Notes under the pieces: model-generated | What the model saw: the letters and a program-made list of their open reading frames with translations, nothing else | Database searches by the model: none | Told to the model about the DNA's origin: nothing | Origin: Acidobacteriota bacterium | GTDB taxonomy: Bacteria > Acidobacteriota > Polarisedimenticolia > J045 | Length of the DNA: 64,000 nt | Assembly: GCA_030949985.1 (NCBI GenBank) | Contig: JAUZRX010000063.1 | Coordinates: 6,855-70,854, forward strand | Reading direction: 5' to 3' | Program-made: the position numbers and the translations under genes | Shown: in pieces, positions 55,058-64,000 of the stretch | Layout of the letters: each line of letters starts with the position of its first letter | How positions within the stretch are numbered: position 1 is the stretch's first letter

Positions 55058-56118
55058 CGGTCACCCACCTTTCGCAGGGCGAGGCCCACGGCCACCGCGG
55101 TATCGGGTCCGGCATCCCCAAATTGGCTTTCCAGGCGCGCCGGCAGCCGGACCTGGCGGAACGGGTCGAGTTGGTGCACAGCCGCACCGAAACGCTCACC
55201 CAGGGCCTGCTGAAGTCCCGGAAGGCGGGAGCCGCCCCCGGTGAGGTAAATCGCGTCCACCGGGGCTTCGCTGCCGGCGAAAGCCTTGACGAAGTCCACG
55301 GTGCGCTGAATCTCGTTACCCAGTTCCTCGTTGACGGAGCCCAGAATCGCCGACACCTGCTCGCCGGGAACGCCCTCCACCGCCTCGCCCCGCTTGGCCG
55401 CCTCGGCCTGCTCCCGCGAGAGGCTCAGTTCCCGCTGAATCGTGTCGGAGTACTGGTTGCCCCCGATGGAGATGTCTCTCCAGAACACCGAGGTCCCGTC
55501 CTGCAGGATCGAAACGCTGGTCACGGAAGCTCCGATGTCGATCAGGGCCGCCGACGGGGGCATCTCGTCGCGGTAGTTGACCTCGAAGCAGTTGAGGGCG
55601 GCGAAGGTGCCCACGTCCACCGTCGCCGGCTCCAGGCCGGCCTGACCGATGACGGAAGTGTAGTCGTCGATCTTGTCCTTGCGGGCCGCGACGAGAATCA
55701 CGTCCATGTTCCCCTCGCCGGCCAGGGAGGATCCCTCGAGCACGTGGTAGTCCAGGGAGACCTCCTGCATGTTGAAGGGGATGTACTGCTCGGCCTCCCA
55801 GCGGATCTGTTCGGCGAGTTCCTGCTCACTCATGGTGGGCAGGTTGATCCGCCGGATGATCACCGACGGCCCGCTGAGAGCCGTGGCGACGCGCCGGTTG
55901 CGGATCTTGCCATAGGTCCAGATCCGCCTGAGAGTCTCCACCACCAGGCCGGCATCCATGATGGTGCCGTCCACGATGGCTTCCTGGGGCAAGGGCTCGG
56001 TGGCGATGGACTGGACCTCCCAGCCCTTGTTTCTCCCGAGATCCTTGAGCTCGACCACCTTGATGGAGCTGTCGCCGATGTCGAGCCCCACCAGGTCCTT
56101 CGACCGCCCAAAGAGCAT
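55054..56118 (-). CDS. pilM: Pilus assembly protein PilM (actin-like ATPase fold)
   Basis: GGAGG RBS. …VGLDIGDSSIKVVEL… and …DIGASVTSVSIL…YLTGGGSRLPGL…, an FtsA/PilM fold. 354 aa. Confidence 0.9.
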   Translation of the reverse strand: MLFGRSKDLVGLDIGDSSIKVVELKDLGRNKGWEVQSIATEPLPQEAIVDGTIMDAGLVVETLRRIWTYGKIRNRRVATALSGPSVIIRRINLPTMSEQELAEQIRWEAEQYIPFNMQEVSLDYHVLEGSSLAGEGNMDVILVAARKDKIDDYTSVIGQAGLEPATVDVGTFAALNCFEVNYRDEMPPSAALIDIGASVTSVSILQDGTSVFWRDISIGGNQYSDTIQRELSLSREQAEAAKRGEAVEGVPGEQVSAILGSVNEELGNEIQRTVDFVKAFAGSEAPVDAIYLTGGGSRLPGLQQALGERFGAAVHQLDPFRQVRLPARLESQFGDAGPDTAVAVGLALRKVGDR

Positions 56119-56503
56119 CCGTCAACCTCCGCAGGATCCGCCAGCCGCTGGGCTGCCGCCGGACGGGACCGAAAGTAAGCGATACAGACAGGGCCGGTCA
56201 AGGCGGCCTCAGGCAAACCTGGACAATTAAAGGCTCATTCGAACCATTTCGTCCACCGATCCTGCCAGATTCGCTCCTGCTCGGAACCCGCCGGAGCTTT
56301 CCCTGGAGCCCCGGATCTTCCTCTCGCAGCCGCCGGAAATGCCCTGTCGTCAGGCGGAAGACAGGGCCCCCAAGAATCCGGCAGGCCTTCTCGCGGCGAA
56401 TATAGGTCCCCCGGGGACCACGGCAAGCCGGGCCTCGGCACCCGTTCCCCGGCCGGGAAGACGAGAAAGAGGAAAAGAGGAAAAGCGGAGAGGGGGGGCG
56501 GAT

Positions 56504-56887
56504 TCAGTCGACCCGGGCGACGGCGTCGATCTCGACCAGGGCGTCCTTGGGCAGACGGCTGACCTCCACCGCCGCCCGAGCCGGCCGGTGGGTGCCGAAG
56601 AACTCCTGGTAGACCTCGTTCATCTCATCGAAGCCGTCGAGATCCGCCAGGTAGACCTGGCACTTGAGCACCTGCTCGAGGCTGCTTCCCGCCGCCTCCA
56701 GCACGGCCTTGAGGTTGCTCAAGACCCGGCGAGTCTGGCCGGCCACCCCTCCGCCCACCATCGCCCCGGTGGCGGGATCGAGGGCGATCTGGCCCGAACA
56801 GAAGACGAGCTGGCCGGCTACCACGGCCTGGCTGTAAGGGCCGATGGCGGCAGGCGCCTGAGTCGTAGCCACGGTCTTGATCGTCAT
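56504..56887 (-). CDS. ridA: RidA/YjgF-family reactive-intermediate deaminase
   Basis: [48 protein letters not shown]…[23 protein letters not shown]. 127 aa. Confidence 0.85.
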   Translation of the reverse strand: MTIKTVATTQAPAAIGPYSQAVVAGQLVFCSGQIALDPATGAMVGGGVAGQTRRVLSNLKAVLEAAGSSLEQVLKCQVYLADLDGFDEMNEVYQEFFGTHRPARAAVEVSRLPKDALVEIDAVARVD

Positions 56888-56928
56888 CCGCTGTCCTCCT
56901 CGAAAAAACCGTTGTCCCGCCGGCGCCC

Positions 56929-59148
56929 TCAGGAGCGGGCCTGGCGCGGAGAGATGCGGGTCACCCGGCGCACACCCTCGATGCGGCGGATCCGCTCGAT
57001 CAGGCGCTCGACCTGCCGCCGGTTCTCCACCTCGGCAATGATCGTAATGGTCCCCTGACCGTCGTCGCTCACCCCCGCGTCGGCATGCCGGATGTTGATC
57101 TTCTCCTGCTCGAGCAGATCGGCGACCCGGGCCAGGCGCCCCGGGCGATTGGCGGTTTCCACCCGGATGCCGACCTCGAAGCGGTCGGTCTCGCTGCCCG
57201 AGGCCCACGCCACCTCGATCCGCCGGTCCTCATCGACCAGCAAGGCTTCCAGGTTGGGGCATTCTTCGGTATGCACCGAAACCCCCCGCCCCCGGGTGAC
57301 ATAGCCCACGATCGCATCCCCCGGAATCGGGTTGCAGCAGCGTGCCAGGTTGACCATGGTATCGCCCAGGCCGTGAACCAGGACCTTGTCCCGGTTACGG
57401 CCCAGCACCCGGCCCACCCGGCGGAAAAGGGATGAACCGGCCGACTCCCGGGCCCCGGTGGGCACCGCCAGGGAGACGAAGTGGGCCGGGGTGATCTTTC
57501 CCGTGCCCAGGGCGGCGAGCAGGTCATCCATGCTCGCCAGCTTCAAGGTCCGCAGGGCCTGGTCGCGCCCCTCCTCGGGTAGGGCCTTGGGGCGCAAGCC
57601 CAGTTTGCGCAGCTCCTTTTCCAGCATCGAGCGCCCCAGCTCGATCGATCGCTCCCGCTCGACCCGCCTGAGATAGGCGCGGATCTTGGCCCGAGCGCGC
57701 CCCGTACGAACCACCGTCAGCCAATCCCGGCTGGGCTTCCCATCGGCCTGGGTCAGGACCTCGACGATGTCTCCGTTGGCCAGCGGCGTCTTCAGCGGCA
57801 CCAGGCGCCCGTTGACCTTGGCCCCCATGCAGCGGTGCCCCACCTCCGTGTGAATCGCGTAGGCGAAATCGATCGGCGTGGCGCCGGCGGGGAGGTCGAT
57901 GACCTTGCCCCGGGGCGTGAAGACGTGGACGTCGTCCTGGAACAGGTCGCGCATCAGGTTGCGACTGAACTCCCGCGGTTCGCTGACGTCACCCTGCCAA
58001 TCCTTGACCGCGCGAAGCCACTCGGCCCCGGCGGTCTCTTTCTCGGTCAGCTGGCCGCGCTCCTTGTATTTCCAGTGGGCCGCGATGCCGTGCTCGGCCA
58101 GCTCGTGCATCTCCCGGGTACGGATCTGGACTTCGAAGGGCAGCCCCTTTTCGGACATGACGGAGGTGTGCAGGGACTGGTAGAGGTTGGGTTTGGGAAC
58201 GGCGATGTAGTCCTTGATCCGGCCCGGCACGGGGGGCCAGATGGAATGGATGATCCCCAACGCACCGTAGCAGTCCTTGACCGACCTGGTGATCAGGCGA
58301 AAAGCCAGGACATCATAGACCTCGTCCACGTCGATGCCCTGGTCCTGCATCTTCTTGTGGATCGAGAAGACGCTCTTGATCCGGCCGCTGATTTCGGCCT
58401 CGATCCCGCTCTCCCGCATTTTCTCTTCCAGCACCCGGCCGACGTCGCGGATCAGCGTGTCGATCAGATCCCTGCGAGCGGCGAGGTGGGCGTGAAGATC
58501 CTGGTAGATCTCGGGCTCCCCGAAACGCAGGGACAGATCCTCGAGTTCCGACTTGATCTGTCCGAGCCCGAGCCGATTGGCCAGGGGGACGTAGATCTGC
58601 AGGGTCTCGCCCGCGATGCGCTGCTGCTTGTGCGGGGGCAGGTGGCCCAGGGTCCGCATGTTGTGCAGGCGGTCGGCCAGCTTGACCAGCACCACCCGCA
58701 CGTCGTCCACCATCGCCAGGATCATCTTCCGCAGGTTGGCGGCCTGCCGATCGGCATCGGTGGCGAACTCCAGCTTCTTCAGCTTGGTCACACCATCGAC
58801 CAGCTGGTAGATCCCCTCGCCGAAACGCTGCTGAAGTTCTTCGGCGGTGGCCCGGGGATCGGCCGCGTCCTCGATGGTGTCGTGAAGCAGGCCCGTGGCC
58901 ACGGTAGCTTCGTCCAGTTCGAGGTCGGCCAGGATGTAGGCCACGGCCAGCGGGTGGATCAGGTAGGGCTCGCCGGAGTAGCGACTCTGCCCCCGGTGGA
59001 CCATCGCGGAGAAGATGTAGGCCCGGCGCAACAGCTCGGTGTCCGCCGCCGGGCGATACTGCTCCATCCTCTCCTGGATGTCTTCGAATCGAATCACGTC
59101 AGGGCTCGGCACCGACCACGCTGGATCATGGTGAATTATAGCCCGCAT
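56929..59148 (-). CDS. spoT: Bifunctional (p)ppGpp synthetase/hydrolase (RelA/SpoT homolog)
   Basis: HD hydrolase domain ([17 protein letters not shown]…HDTIEDA), synthetase domain (…[12 protein letters not shown]…), TGS and ACT. 739 aa. Confidence 0.9.
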   Translation of the reverse strand: MRAIIHHDPAWSVPSPDVIRFEDIQERMEQYRPAADTELLRRAYIFSAMVHRGQSRYSGEPYLIHPLAVAYILADLELDEATVATGLLHDTIEDAADPRATAEELQQRFGEGIYQLVDGVTKLKKLEFATDADRQAANLRKMILAMVDDVRVVLVKLADRLHNMRTLGHLPPHKQQRIAGETLQIYVPLANRLGLGQIKSELEDLSLRFGEPEIYQDLHAHLAARRDLIDTLIRDVGRVLEEKMRESGIEAEISGRIKSVFSIHKKMQDQGIDVDEVYDVLAFRLITRSVKDCYGALGIIHSIWPPVPGRIKDYIAVPKPNLYQSLHTSVMSEKGLPFEVQIRTREMHELAEHGIAAHWKYKERGQLTEKETAGAEWLRAVKDWQGDVSEPREFSRNLMRDLFQDDVHVFTPRGKVIDLPAGATPIDFAYAIHTEVGHRCMGAKVNGRLVPLKTPLANGDIVEVLTQADGKPSRDWLTVVRTGRARAKIRAYLRRVERERSIELGRSMLEKELRKLGLRPKALPEEGRDQALRTLKLASMDDLLAALGTGKITPAHFVSLAVPTGARESAGSSLFRRVGRVLGRNRDKVLVHGLGDTMVNLARCCNPIPGDAIVGYVTRGRGVSVHTEECPNLEALLVDEDRRIEVAWASGSETDRFEVGIRVETANRPGRLARVADLLEQEKINIRHADAGVSDDGQGTITIIAEVENRRQVERLIERIRRIEGVRRVTRISPRQARS

Positions 59149-59281
59149 CGTTCATCGGCCTTCGAGTCCGGGCGCCGCGTGGACCGAAGGGTGGATGGGG
59201 ATGGCGGAACCGGGCATGGGCCGGAAACACCACGGGGCGGCCCCGGCCGCCCCGCGACTGCGCACCGGCGGGAGCCGCCGG

Positions 59282-60487
59282 TCAGCTATTGACCTTCCTG
59301 GCCCCGCGGGGGATCCCCGACCGGGTACGGGAGAGGGTCTTGCCCGGGAAGAGCTTGCGCCAGATCAGCAGTACCGGGCTGGCGATGTAGATCGACGAGT
59401 AGGTCCCGACCACGACGCCGATGAGCAGGACAAAGGCGAAGGGATGGATCACCGGCCCACCCCAGGCATAGAGCGCGAACACCGCCAGGAGGGTCGTCAA
59501 CGAAGTGATCAGGGTTCTCGAGAGGTTCTGGTTGATCGAGAGATTGATCACTTCCAGCAGCGCTCCCGAACCTCGAGCCTTGAGGTTCTCGCGGATCCGG
59601 TCGAAAACCACGATGGTGTCGTTGACCGAGTAGCCGACCAGCGTCAGGAAGGCCGCCACAACGGGCAGGTTGGCCTCCATGCCGGCCAGGGAAAAGGCCC
59701 CGAGGGTCAGGATCGTGTCGTGCACCAGGGCGAGGATCGCCGCCAGGCCCCACTGGAACTGGAAGCGGATCCAGATGTAGATCAGCATGCCTCCGAGAGC
59801 GCCGAAGATCGCTCCCACGGCCTTGTCGCGCATCTCGCTCGACACGGAAGCTTCGATGAACTCCTGACCACGCAGGGCAAAAGGCCCGAGAAAGGTCTTT
59901 TCCCGCAGGAAGCCATGGATCGTCTCGTCGACGCCCTCGATGGCCTCGACCTCCTCCATGCTGCGGAACAGGCCGCCGCCCTCACGGCGCACCTTGGTGA
60001 TCGCCGAGGCCGCCGCCATCGCCGCCGGTTCGTCGAGGCCCGCGTCGGCGGCGAGGCGGTCGGCCAGGGTCACCTCGTCCACCAGGTTCAGGTCGATCAG
60101 ACCCGCGGCCAGTTTGGCGGCGACCTCCTGCGGACGCAGGGCCTCGACGATCTTGGCCGCCAGGTCCGTGTGGTCCTTCGCCTCGGCGCCCTCCTCCTCC
60201 TTGGGCAGGGGCACACGAATGACGATCTCGGCGCCGCCCGTATCGCCGAAGGCGGTGACCGAACCTCCGGAGAGGTCGTTTTCGAGCAGCGCCGCACGCA
60301 CATCCTCGAGGGCCGGCGCCTCGACGAACTTCAGGATCACATCGGCACCACCGGCGAACTCGACACCCTTTTCGATGCCGCGAGTGACGAGGATGCCGAT
60401 GGAAGCCACCATCAGCAGGAGGGAGATCCCCAGCGAGATCCAGCGCCCCCCCATGAAGTCGAAACGCGTTTCACCTACGATTCGCAT
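59282..60487 (-). CDS. secF: Protein translocase subunit SecF
   Basis: …FQFQWGLAAILALVHDTILTLGAFSL…VGYSVNDTIVVFDRIREN…. Unusually long periplasmic insert of about 190 aa. 401 aa. Confidence 0.85.
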   Translation of the reverse strand: MRIVGETRFDFMGGRWISLGISLLLMVASIGILVTRGIEKGVEFAGGADVILKFVEAPALEDVRAALLENDLSGGSVTAFGDTGGAEIVIRVPLPKEEEGAEAKDHTDLAAKIVEALRPQEVAAKLAAGLIDLNLVDEVTLADRLAADAGLDEPAAMAAASAITKVRREGGGLFRSMEEVEAIEGVDETIHGFLREKTFLGPFALRGQEFIEASVSSEMRDKAVGAIFGALGGMLIYIWIRFQFQWGLAAILALVHDTILTLGAFSLAGMEANLPVVAAFLTLVGYSVNDTIVVFDRIRENLKARGSGALLEVINLSINQNLSRTLITSLTTLLAVFALYAWGGPVIHPFAFVLLIGVVVGTYSSIYIASPVLLIWRKLFPGKTLSRTRSGIPRGARKVNS

Positions 60488-60502
60488 CGCCTGCTCCTCC
60501 CC

Positions 60503-62110
60503 TCAGATCGACAGCCGCTGCACGGGACGATCACCGATCACCAGCATGAACAAGGTTCGGCTGACGAAAATCGCCGTGAAAAGCGACGCGACGATGCCCA
60601 CACTGAGGGTCACGGCGAATCCCCGCACCGGTCCCGTTCCATACTGGAAGAGGAACAGAGCGGCGATCAGCGTGGTGATATTGGCATCGAAAATAGCGGA
60701 CAGGGCCTTGGAAAAACCGGCGTCCAGGGCGCCCTTGACAGTCTTGCCGGAACGGAGTTCCTCTCGCACGCGCTCGAAGATCAGCACGTTGGCGTCCACG
60801 GCCATGCCGACGGTGAGGATGAAGCCTGCGATTCCCGGCAAGGTCAGGGCCGCCCCCACCGAGGCCATCGCCGCCGCCACCAGCAGAAGATTGAGCAGCA
60901 GAGCGATGACGGCGTTGAGGCCGGAGAGCTTGTAGTAGAGCAGCATGAACAGCATCACCAGGACAAAGCCGATGCCCGCGGCCCGAATGCCGGCCTGGAT
61001 CGAATCCCAGCCCAGCGAGGGTCCCACCGTCCGTTCCTCGATGGTGATCATGCGAGCGGGCAGGGCTCCGGCCCGCAGGACCAGAGCCAGGTCCTCGGCC
61101 TCTTCGAAGGTGTAATCCCCCGTGATCCGACCGCTGCTGCCGATTTCAGACTCGATCACGGGGGCGGTGGCGATCTTGCGATCGAGAATCACGGGCATGT
61201 AGCGCTGGATATTGGCCCGCGTGAATTTCGCGAACCGATCCGCAGCCCTGACCCTCAGCTGGAAGTCCACCTCCCAGCGACCCCACTGCTGGTCCTTGCG
61301 GGCCTGGGCGTTCTGCAGATCGGCGCCCGTCACGGCGGCCGTCTTCTCCACGGCCCAGAACTCGGCGATTTGTTTCTCTCCGGTCTCGGGATTCTTGCGT
61401 TCGAGGGGCAGCACTTCCACCCCCGGGGGCAGGCTGCCGCCAAGCTGCCGGATGACATCTTCTTCGCTGCTGCCGCGGAACGGACCGCTGCCATCGGGCG
61501 CGTAGTAGGCCAGCCGCAACTCCAGCTTGGCCTGGGCCTGAATGATCCGCTTGACCCGCGATGGATCTTCCACGCCGGGCAACTCGACGAGAATGCGATC
61601 GGCTTCTCCGGTTCCGATGCGCTGGATGTTGGGCTCCGCCACGCCGAACTCGTCGATCCGGTTGCGCACGGTGGTCAGGGCCTGCTTGACAGCCTGGTCC
61701 CGCAACCCGGTTTTCTCGCGCTCGGACATGGACATGACGATGCGGTCGCCGTCGACGGCCACACTCCAACTCTCGAACTCCTCGTCGATGATCGACTGGG
61801 CCGTGCTCAACCGATCGCCGGGGATGCCGTTGACCACCACCTGGCCCAGCTCCTCGCCCAGGATGGCCCGTGCCTGGGGATAGCCCTCCGCGCGCAGCTT
61901 CTCGCCGATCTGGGTGGCGACCAGGTCGCACTGGGCCTTGATCGCGTCATTGGTGACGACCTGCATCACCAGGTGGGATCCACCCTTGAGGTCGAGGCCG
62001 AGGTACATGTTGAGGAACGGACGGCCTTCCTCCGGACGGGGCCAGGCGTTCCACGCCGCCCAGACCAGCACGGCGGCGATGACGATCAATCTCCAGGTCG
62101 TTGCCTTCAC
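60503..62110 (-). CDS. secD: Protein translocase subunit SecD
   Basis: GTG start. Periplasmic P1 head, then the RND-like TM bundle …GIAGFILTVGMAVDANVLIFERVREEL…. 535 aa. Confidence 0.85.
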   Translation of the reverse strand: MKATTWRLIVIAAVLVWAAWNAWPRPEEGRPFLNMYLGLDLKGGSHLVMQVVTNDAIKAQCDLVATQIGEKLRAEGYPQARAILGEELGQVVVNGIPGDRLSTAQSIIDEEFESWSVAVDGDRIVMSMSEREKTGLRDQAVKQALTTVRNRIDEFGVAEPNIQRIGTGEADRILVELPGVEDPSRVKRIIQAQAKLELRLAYYAPDGSGPFRGSSEEDVIRQLGGSLPPGVEVLPLERKNPETGEKQIAEFWAVEKTAAVTGADLQNAQARKDQQWGRWEVDFQLRVRAADRFAKFTRANIQRYMPVILDRKIATAPVIESEIGSSGRITGDYTFEEAEDLALVLRAGALPARMITIEERTVGPSLGWDSIQAGIRAAGIGFVLVMLFMLLYYKLSGLNAVIALLLNLLLVAAAMASVGAALTLPGIAGFILTVGMAVDANVLIFERVREELRSGKTVKGALDAGFSKALSAIFDANITTLIAALFLFQYGTGPVRGFAVTLSVGIVASLFTAIFVSRTLFMLVIGDRPVQRLSI

Positions 62111-62418
62111 GAGGACTCCTCCCCTTGCTTGCCGGCGATATGGCTCCGCAGAACGGTGACCTCCACCCCCGTCCCCAGTTTGAGCCGCACCGTCCCCTCA
62201 TCGACGCCGACCACGGTTCCCAGCAGGCCGCCGTTGGTGACCACCTTGTCGCCGGCCTGGAGGGCGTCGATCATCGCCTGGTGCTGTTTTTGCCGGCGGC
62301 GGGCCGGCATGATCAGGAGCACGTAGAAGATCACGGCGATGATCCCCAGCATGACGAGCTGGGAGAAGAAGGCGCCGGAGGGGGCTCCAGGTGACTGGGC
62401 GAACAGGATCGCGACCAT
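62107..62418 (-). CDS. yajC: Preprotein translocase subunit YajC
   Basis: ATG at 62418 with GAGGAAA RBS. FFSQLVMLGIIAVIFYVLLIMPARRRQK…GDKVVTNGGLLGTVVGVDEGTVRLKL. Overlaps the secD start (GTGA). Confidence 0.85.
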   Translation of the reverse strand: MVAILFAQSPGAPSGAFFSQLVMLGIIAVIFYVLLIMPARRRQKQHQAMIDALQAGDKVVTNGGLLGTVVGVDEGTVRLKLGTGVEVTVLRSHIAGKQGEESS

Positions 62419-62596
62419 CTGCGGATTTCCTCTTCTTGTTGTGGGCTTTGCCACAGCGCCCGCACCGGCACGAGGCCACGCGGAGCCCGTGCCCGGGACA
62501 CTGTCGACCCGGGGGACCACAAGCGGCACATGATGGACGGTTCCCGCGCCGCTGGCAAGCTCCCCCCCGCAGGACTCGCGGACCGGGGGAGCGCCG

Positions 62597-63235
62597 GTGA
62601 ATACCCTGACCTCCCGACGCCTTGCGGAGTGGGCCGGATTGGCCCACGGCTTTGTCCCGAACCTGGCATCGGGCCCCCGCCCGGCCCCATGGCGGCCGAT
62701 CCAGGTTCACGGGAGCCGGATCGCCCGCCCTGCCACCGGGGCCGAGGAGCCGCGGGAGGCGGATGCCGCCGTGGTTCCGGCCGGGGGGCCCGCCGTGGGC
62801 GTGATCACCGCCGACTGCGTGCCCCTCCTGCTCGCCGGCCCGACGGGCGCCGCCGCCGCGGTCCACGCCGGCTGGCGCCCGGTGGCCGCGGGCATCGTCG
62901 AGGGCGCGGTGGCCGCCATGGAGGCCCTGGGCTCCCCCGCCCCGTCCCTGGTCGCCGCCCTGGGGCCGGCCGCGGGGGGCTGCTGCTACCAGGTGGGGAC
63001 CGAGGTCGTCGAGGCGCTCTCCAGCCCTGGCAGGGCCCGGCTCGACGGCGCCGACCGGTTCCGGCTCGACCTGCGGGGGGTGGTCAGGGACCGGCTGGTG
63101 GCCCTGGGAGTCGACCCCCTCCGGGTGGATGTGGTGGGCCCCTGCACGATCTGCTCGGCGGGCTGGCCATCCTGGCGGCGCCAGGGGCCCGCCGCGGGCC
63201 GGGCGCTGGCCTGGATCGCTCCCGCCCCGGGCTGA
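62597..63235 (+). CDS. pgeF: Peptidoglycan editing factor PgeF (YfiH/DUF152 laccase-domain protein)
   Basis: …GVITADCVPLLL…HAGWRPVAAGIVE…GPAAGGCCYQVGTEVVE… conserved C-H-C-H metal-site pattern. GTG start. The N-terminus looks about 30 aa short compared with E. coli YfiH. Confidence 0.7.
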   Translation: MNTLTSRRLAEWAGLAHGFVPNLASGPRPAPWRPIQVHGSRIARPATGAEEPREADAAVVPAGGPAVGVITADCVPLLLAGPTGAAAAVHAGWRPVAAGIVEGAVAAMEALGSPAPSLVAALGPAAGGCCYQVGTEVVEALSSPGRARLDGADRFRLDLRGVVRDRLVALGVDPLRVDVVGPCTICSAGWPSWRRQGPAAGRALAWIAPAPG

Positions 63236-63436
63236 GACCTTTTTCTTCCGCCCGCCGACGCCCATATTCATCGGTGCCGCCAGGAGGAACCAGGGCGGCG
63301 GCTTCGAGGAAGTCGACGGCACCGGCCGCCGGAGCTCCCCGGGGGCTTTCGCCACGGGATCCCGGCCGGGGCGGAGCGCCGGGAACGAGGCGCTGATGCA
63401 TAATCCGCCTTCAGGCAGCATGAGGAGAACACCCTG

Positions 63437-64000
63437 ATGCCCTCCATCCATGATTTCTCGATCCAGACCCTTGGTGAGCCTCGCTTTGTCTCCCCCATGC
63501 CCCTGGGAGAGACTCCCGGGGAGGGAGGGGCGGATTTCGTCCACGAGGAGAGCCGGGTGCTCTTCCACCTGGATACCGCCCGCCTGGCCGAGGACCTCGG
63601 TCTCGGCGAGCCCCCTTCCCTCGAGCGGGCCGGGCCCCGGCACCATGTCTACTTCCACGGGCCCGAGGTCCGCGCCGCGGTGGTCACTTCGGGGGGCTTG
63701 TGTCCCGGCATCAACGACGTGGTCCGCTCGATCGTGCTGACCCTCGTCCATCACTACGGGGCCCGGGAAATCCTGGGCATCCGCTATGGCCTGCGGGGTT
63801 TCGTAGACAAGGTGGAGACACCGATCCGCCTGACCCCGGAGGAAGTCAAGTACGTCCACCTCCAGGGCGGCTCCTTCCTCGCCTCCTCCCGGGGAACCCC
63901 GCCGGTAGAGGAGATCGTCCGTTTTCTCGACCGCCAGGCGATCCAACTGCTGTTCATGATCGGCGGCGACGGGACACAGAAAGCCGTGGCGGCGATCACC
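63437..64000 (+). CDS. pfkA: 6-phosphofructokinase (PFK-A family), 5' portion (3' end lies outside the window)
   Basis: GAGGAG RBS then ATG at 63437. GGLCPGINDVVRSIV, YGLRGF and MIGGDGTQKA are definitive PFK motifs. Frame is open to the window end. Confidence 0.85.
   Translation, partial: MPSIHDFSIQTLGEPRFVSPMPLGETPGEGGADFVHEESRVLFHLDTARLAEDLGLGEPPSLERAGPRHHVYFHGPEVRAAVVTSGGLCPGINDVVRSIVLTLVHHYGAREILGIRYGLRGFVDKVETPIRLTPEEVKYVHLQGGSFLASSRGTPPVEEIVRFLDRQAIQLLFMIGGDGTQKAVAAIT

Overview
High-GC window (roughly 70% G+C by eye), densely coding, with bacterial operon structure and many ATGA/GTGA stop-start overlaps. The gene set resembles Myxococcota or other high-GC Deltaproteobacteria, but this cannot be confirmed without a database search. 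The dominant content is a near-complete type IVa pilus (T4aP) supercluster on the minus strand, 18.8-56.1 kb: pilMNOPQ plus a tail lipoprotein, a roadblock/LC7 gene, accB-accC, pilB-pilT-pilC-pilS-pilR, a perfect sigma-54 promoter, and two tandem pilin genes. Directly after the pilins comes the most unusual region, a glycosylation-like module. It consists of a GT-C-like membrane protein, a 1,241-aa protein with two O-antigen-ligase (Wzy_C) signatures and a C-terminal TPR region, and a translationally coupled gamma-glutamyltransferase. A lipid-linked-glycan operon follows (GT2, WecA-like phosphoglycosyltransferase, Glf-like flavoenzyme, GT4), then a hybrid beta-propeller sensor kinase, a PilGHI-like ABC transporter and prepilin peptidase PilD. 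The first 18 kb hold housekeeping genes: four tRNAs with an inserted SH3b-anchor gene, ychF, selA, pepD, a LemA-TPM-TPM operon, pepP, a CPBP protease, grxC, a DUF1841 operon and an NAD-IDH. The last 8 kb hold ridA, relA/spoT, secDF-yajC, pgeF and the 5' end of pfkA. No CRISPR array, transposase or integrase was seen. All calls rest on reading the translated ORFs and the DNA directly; no database search was possible.
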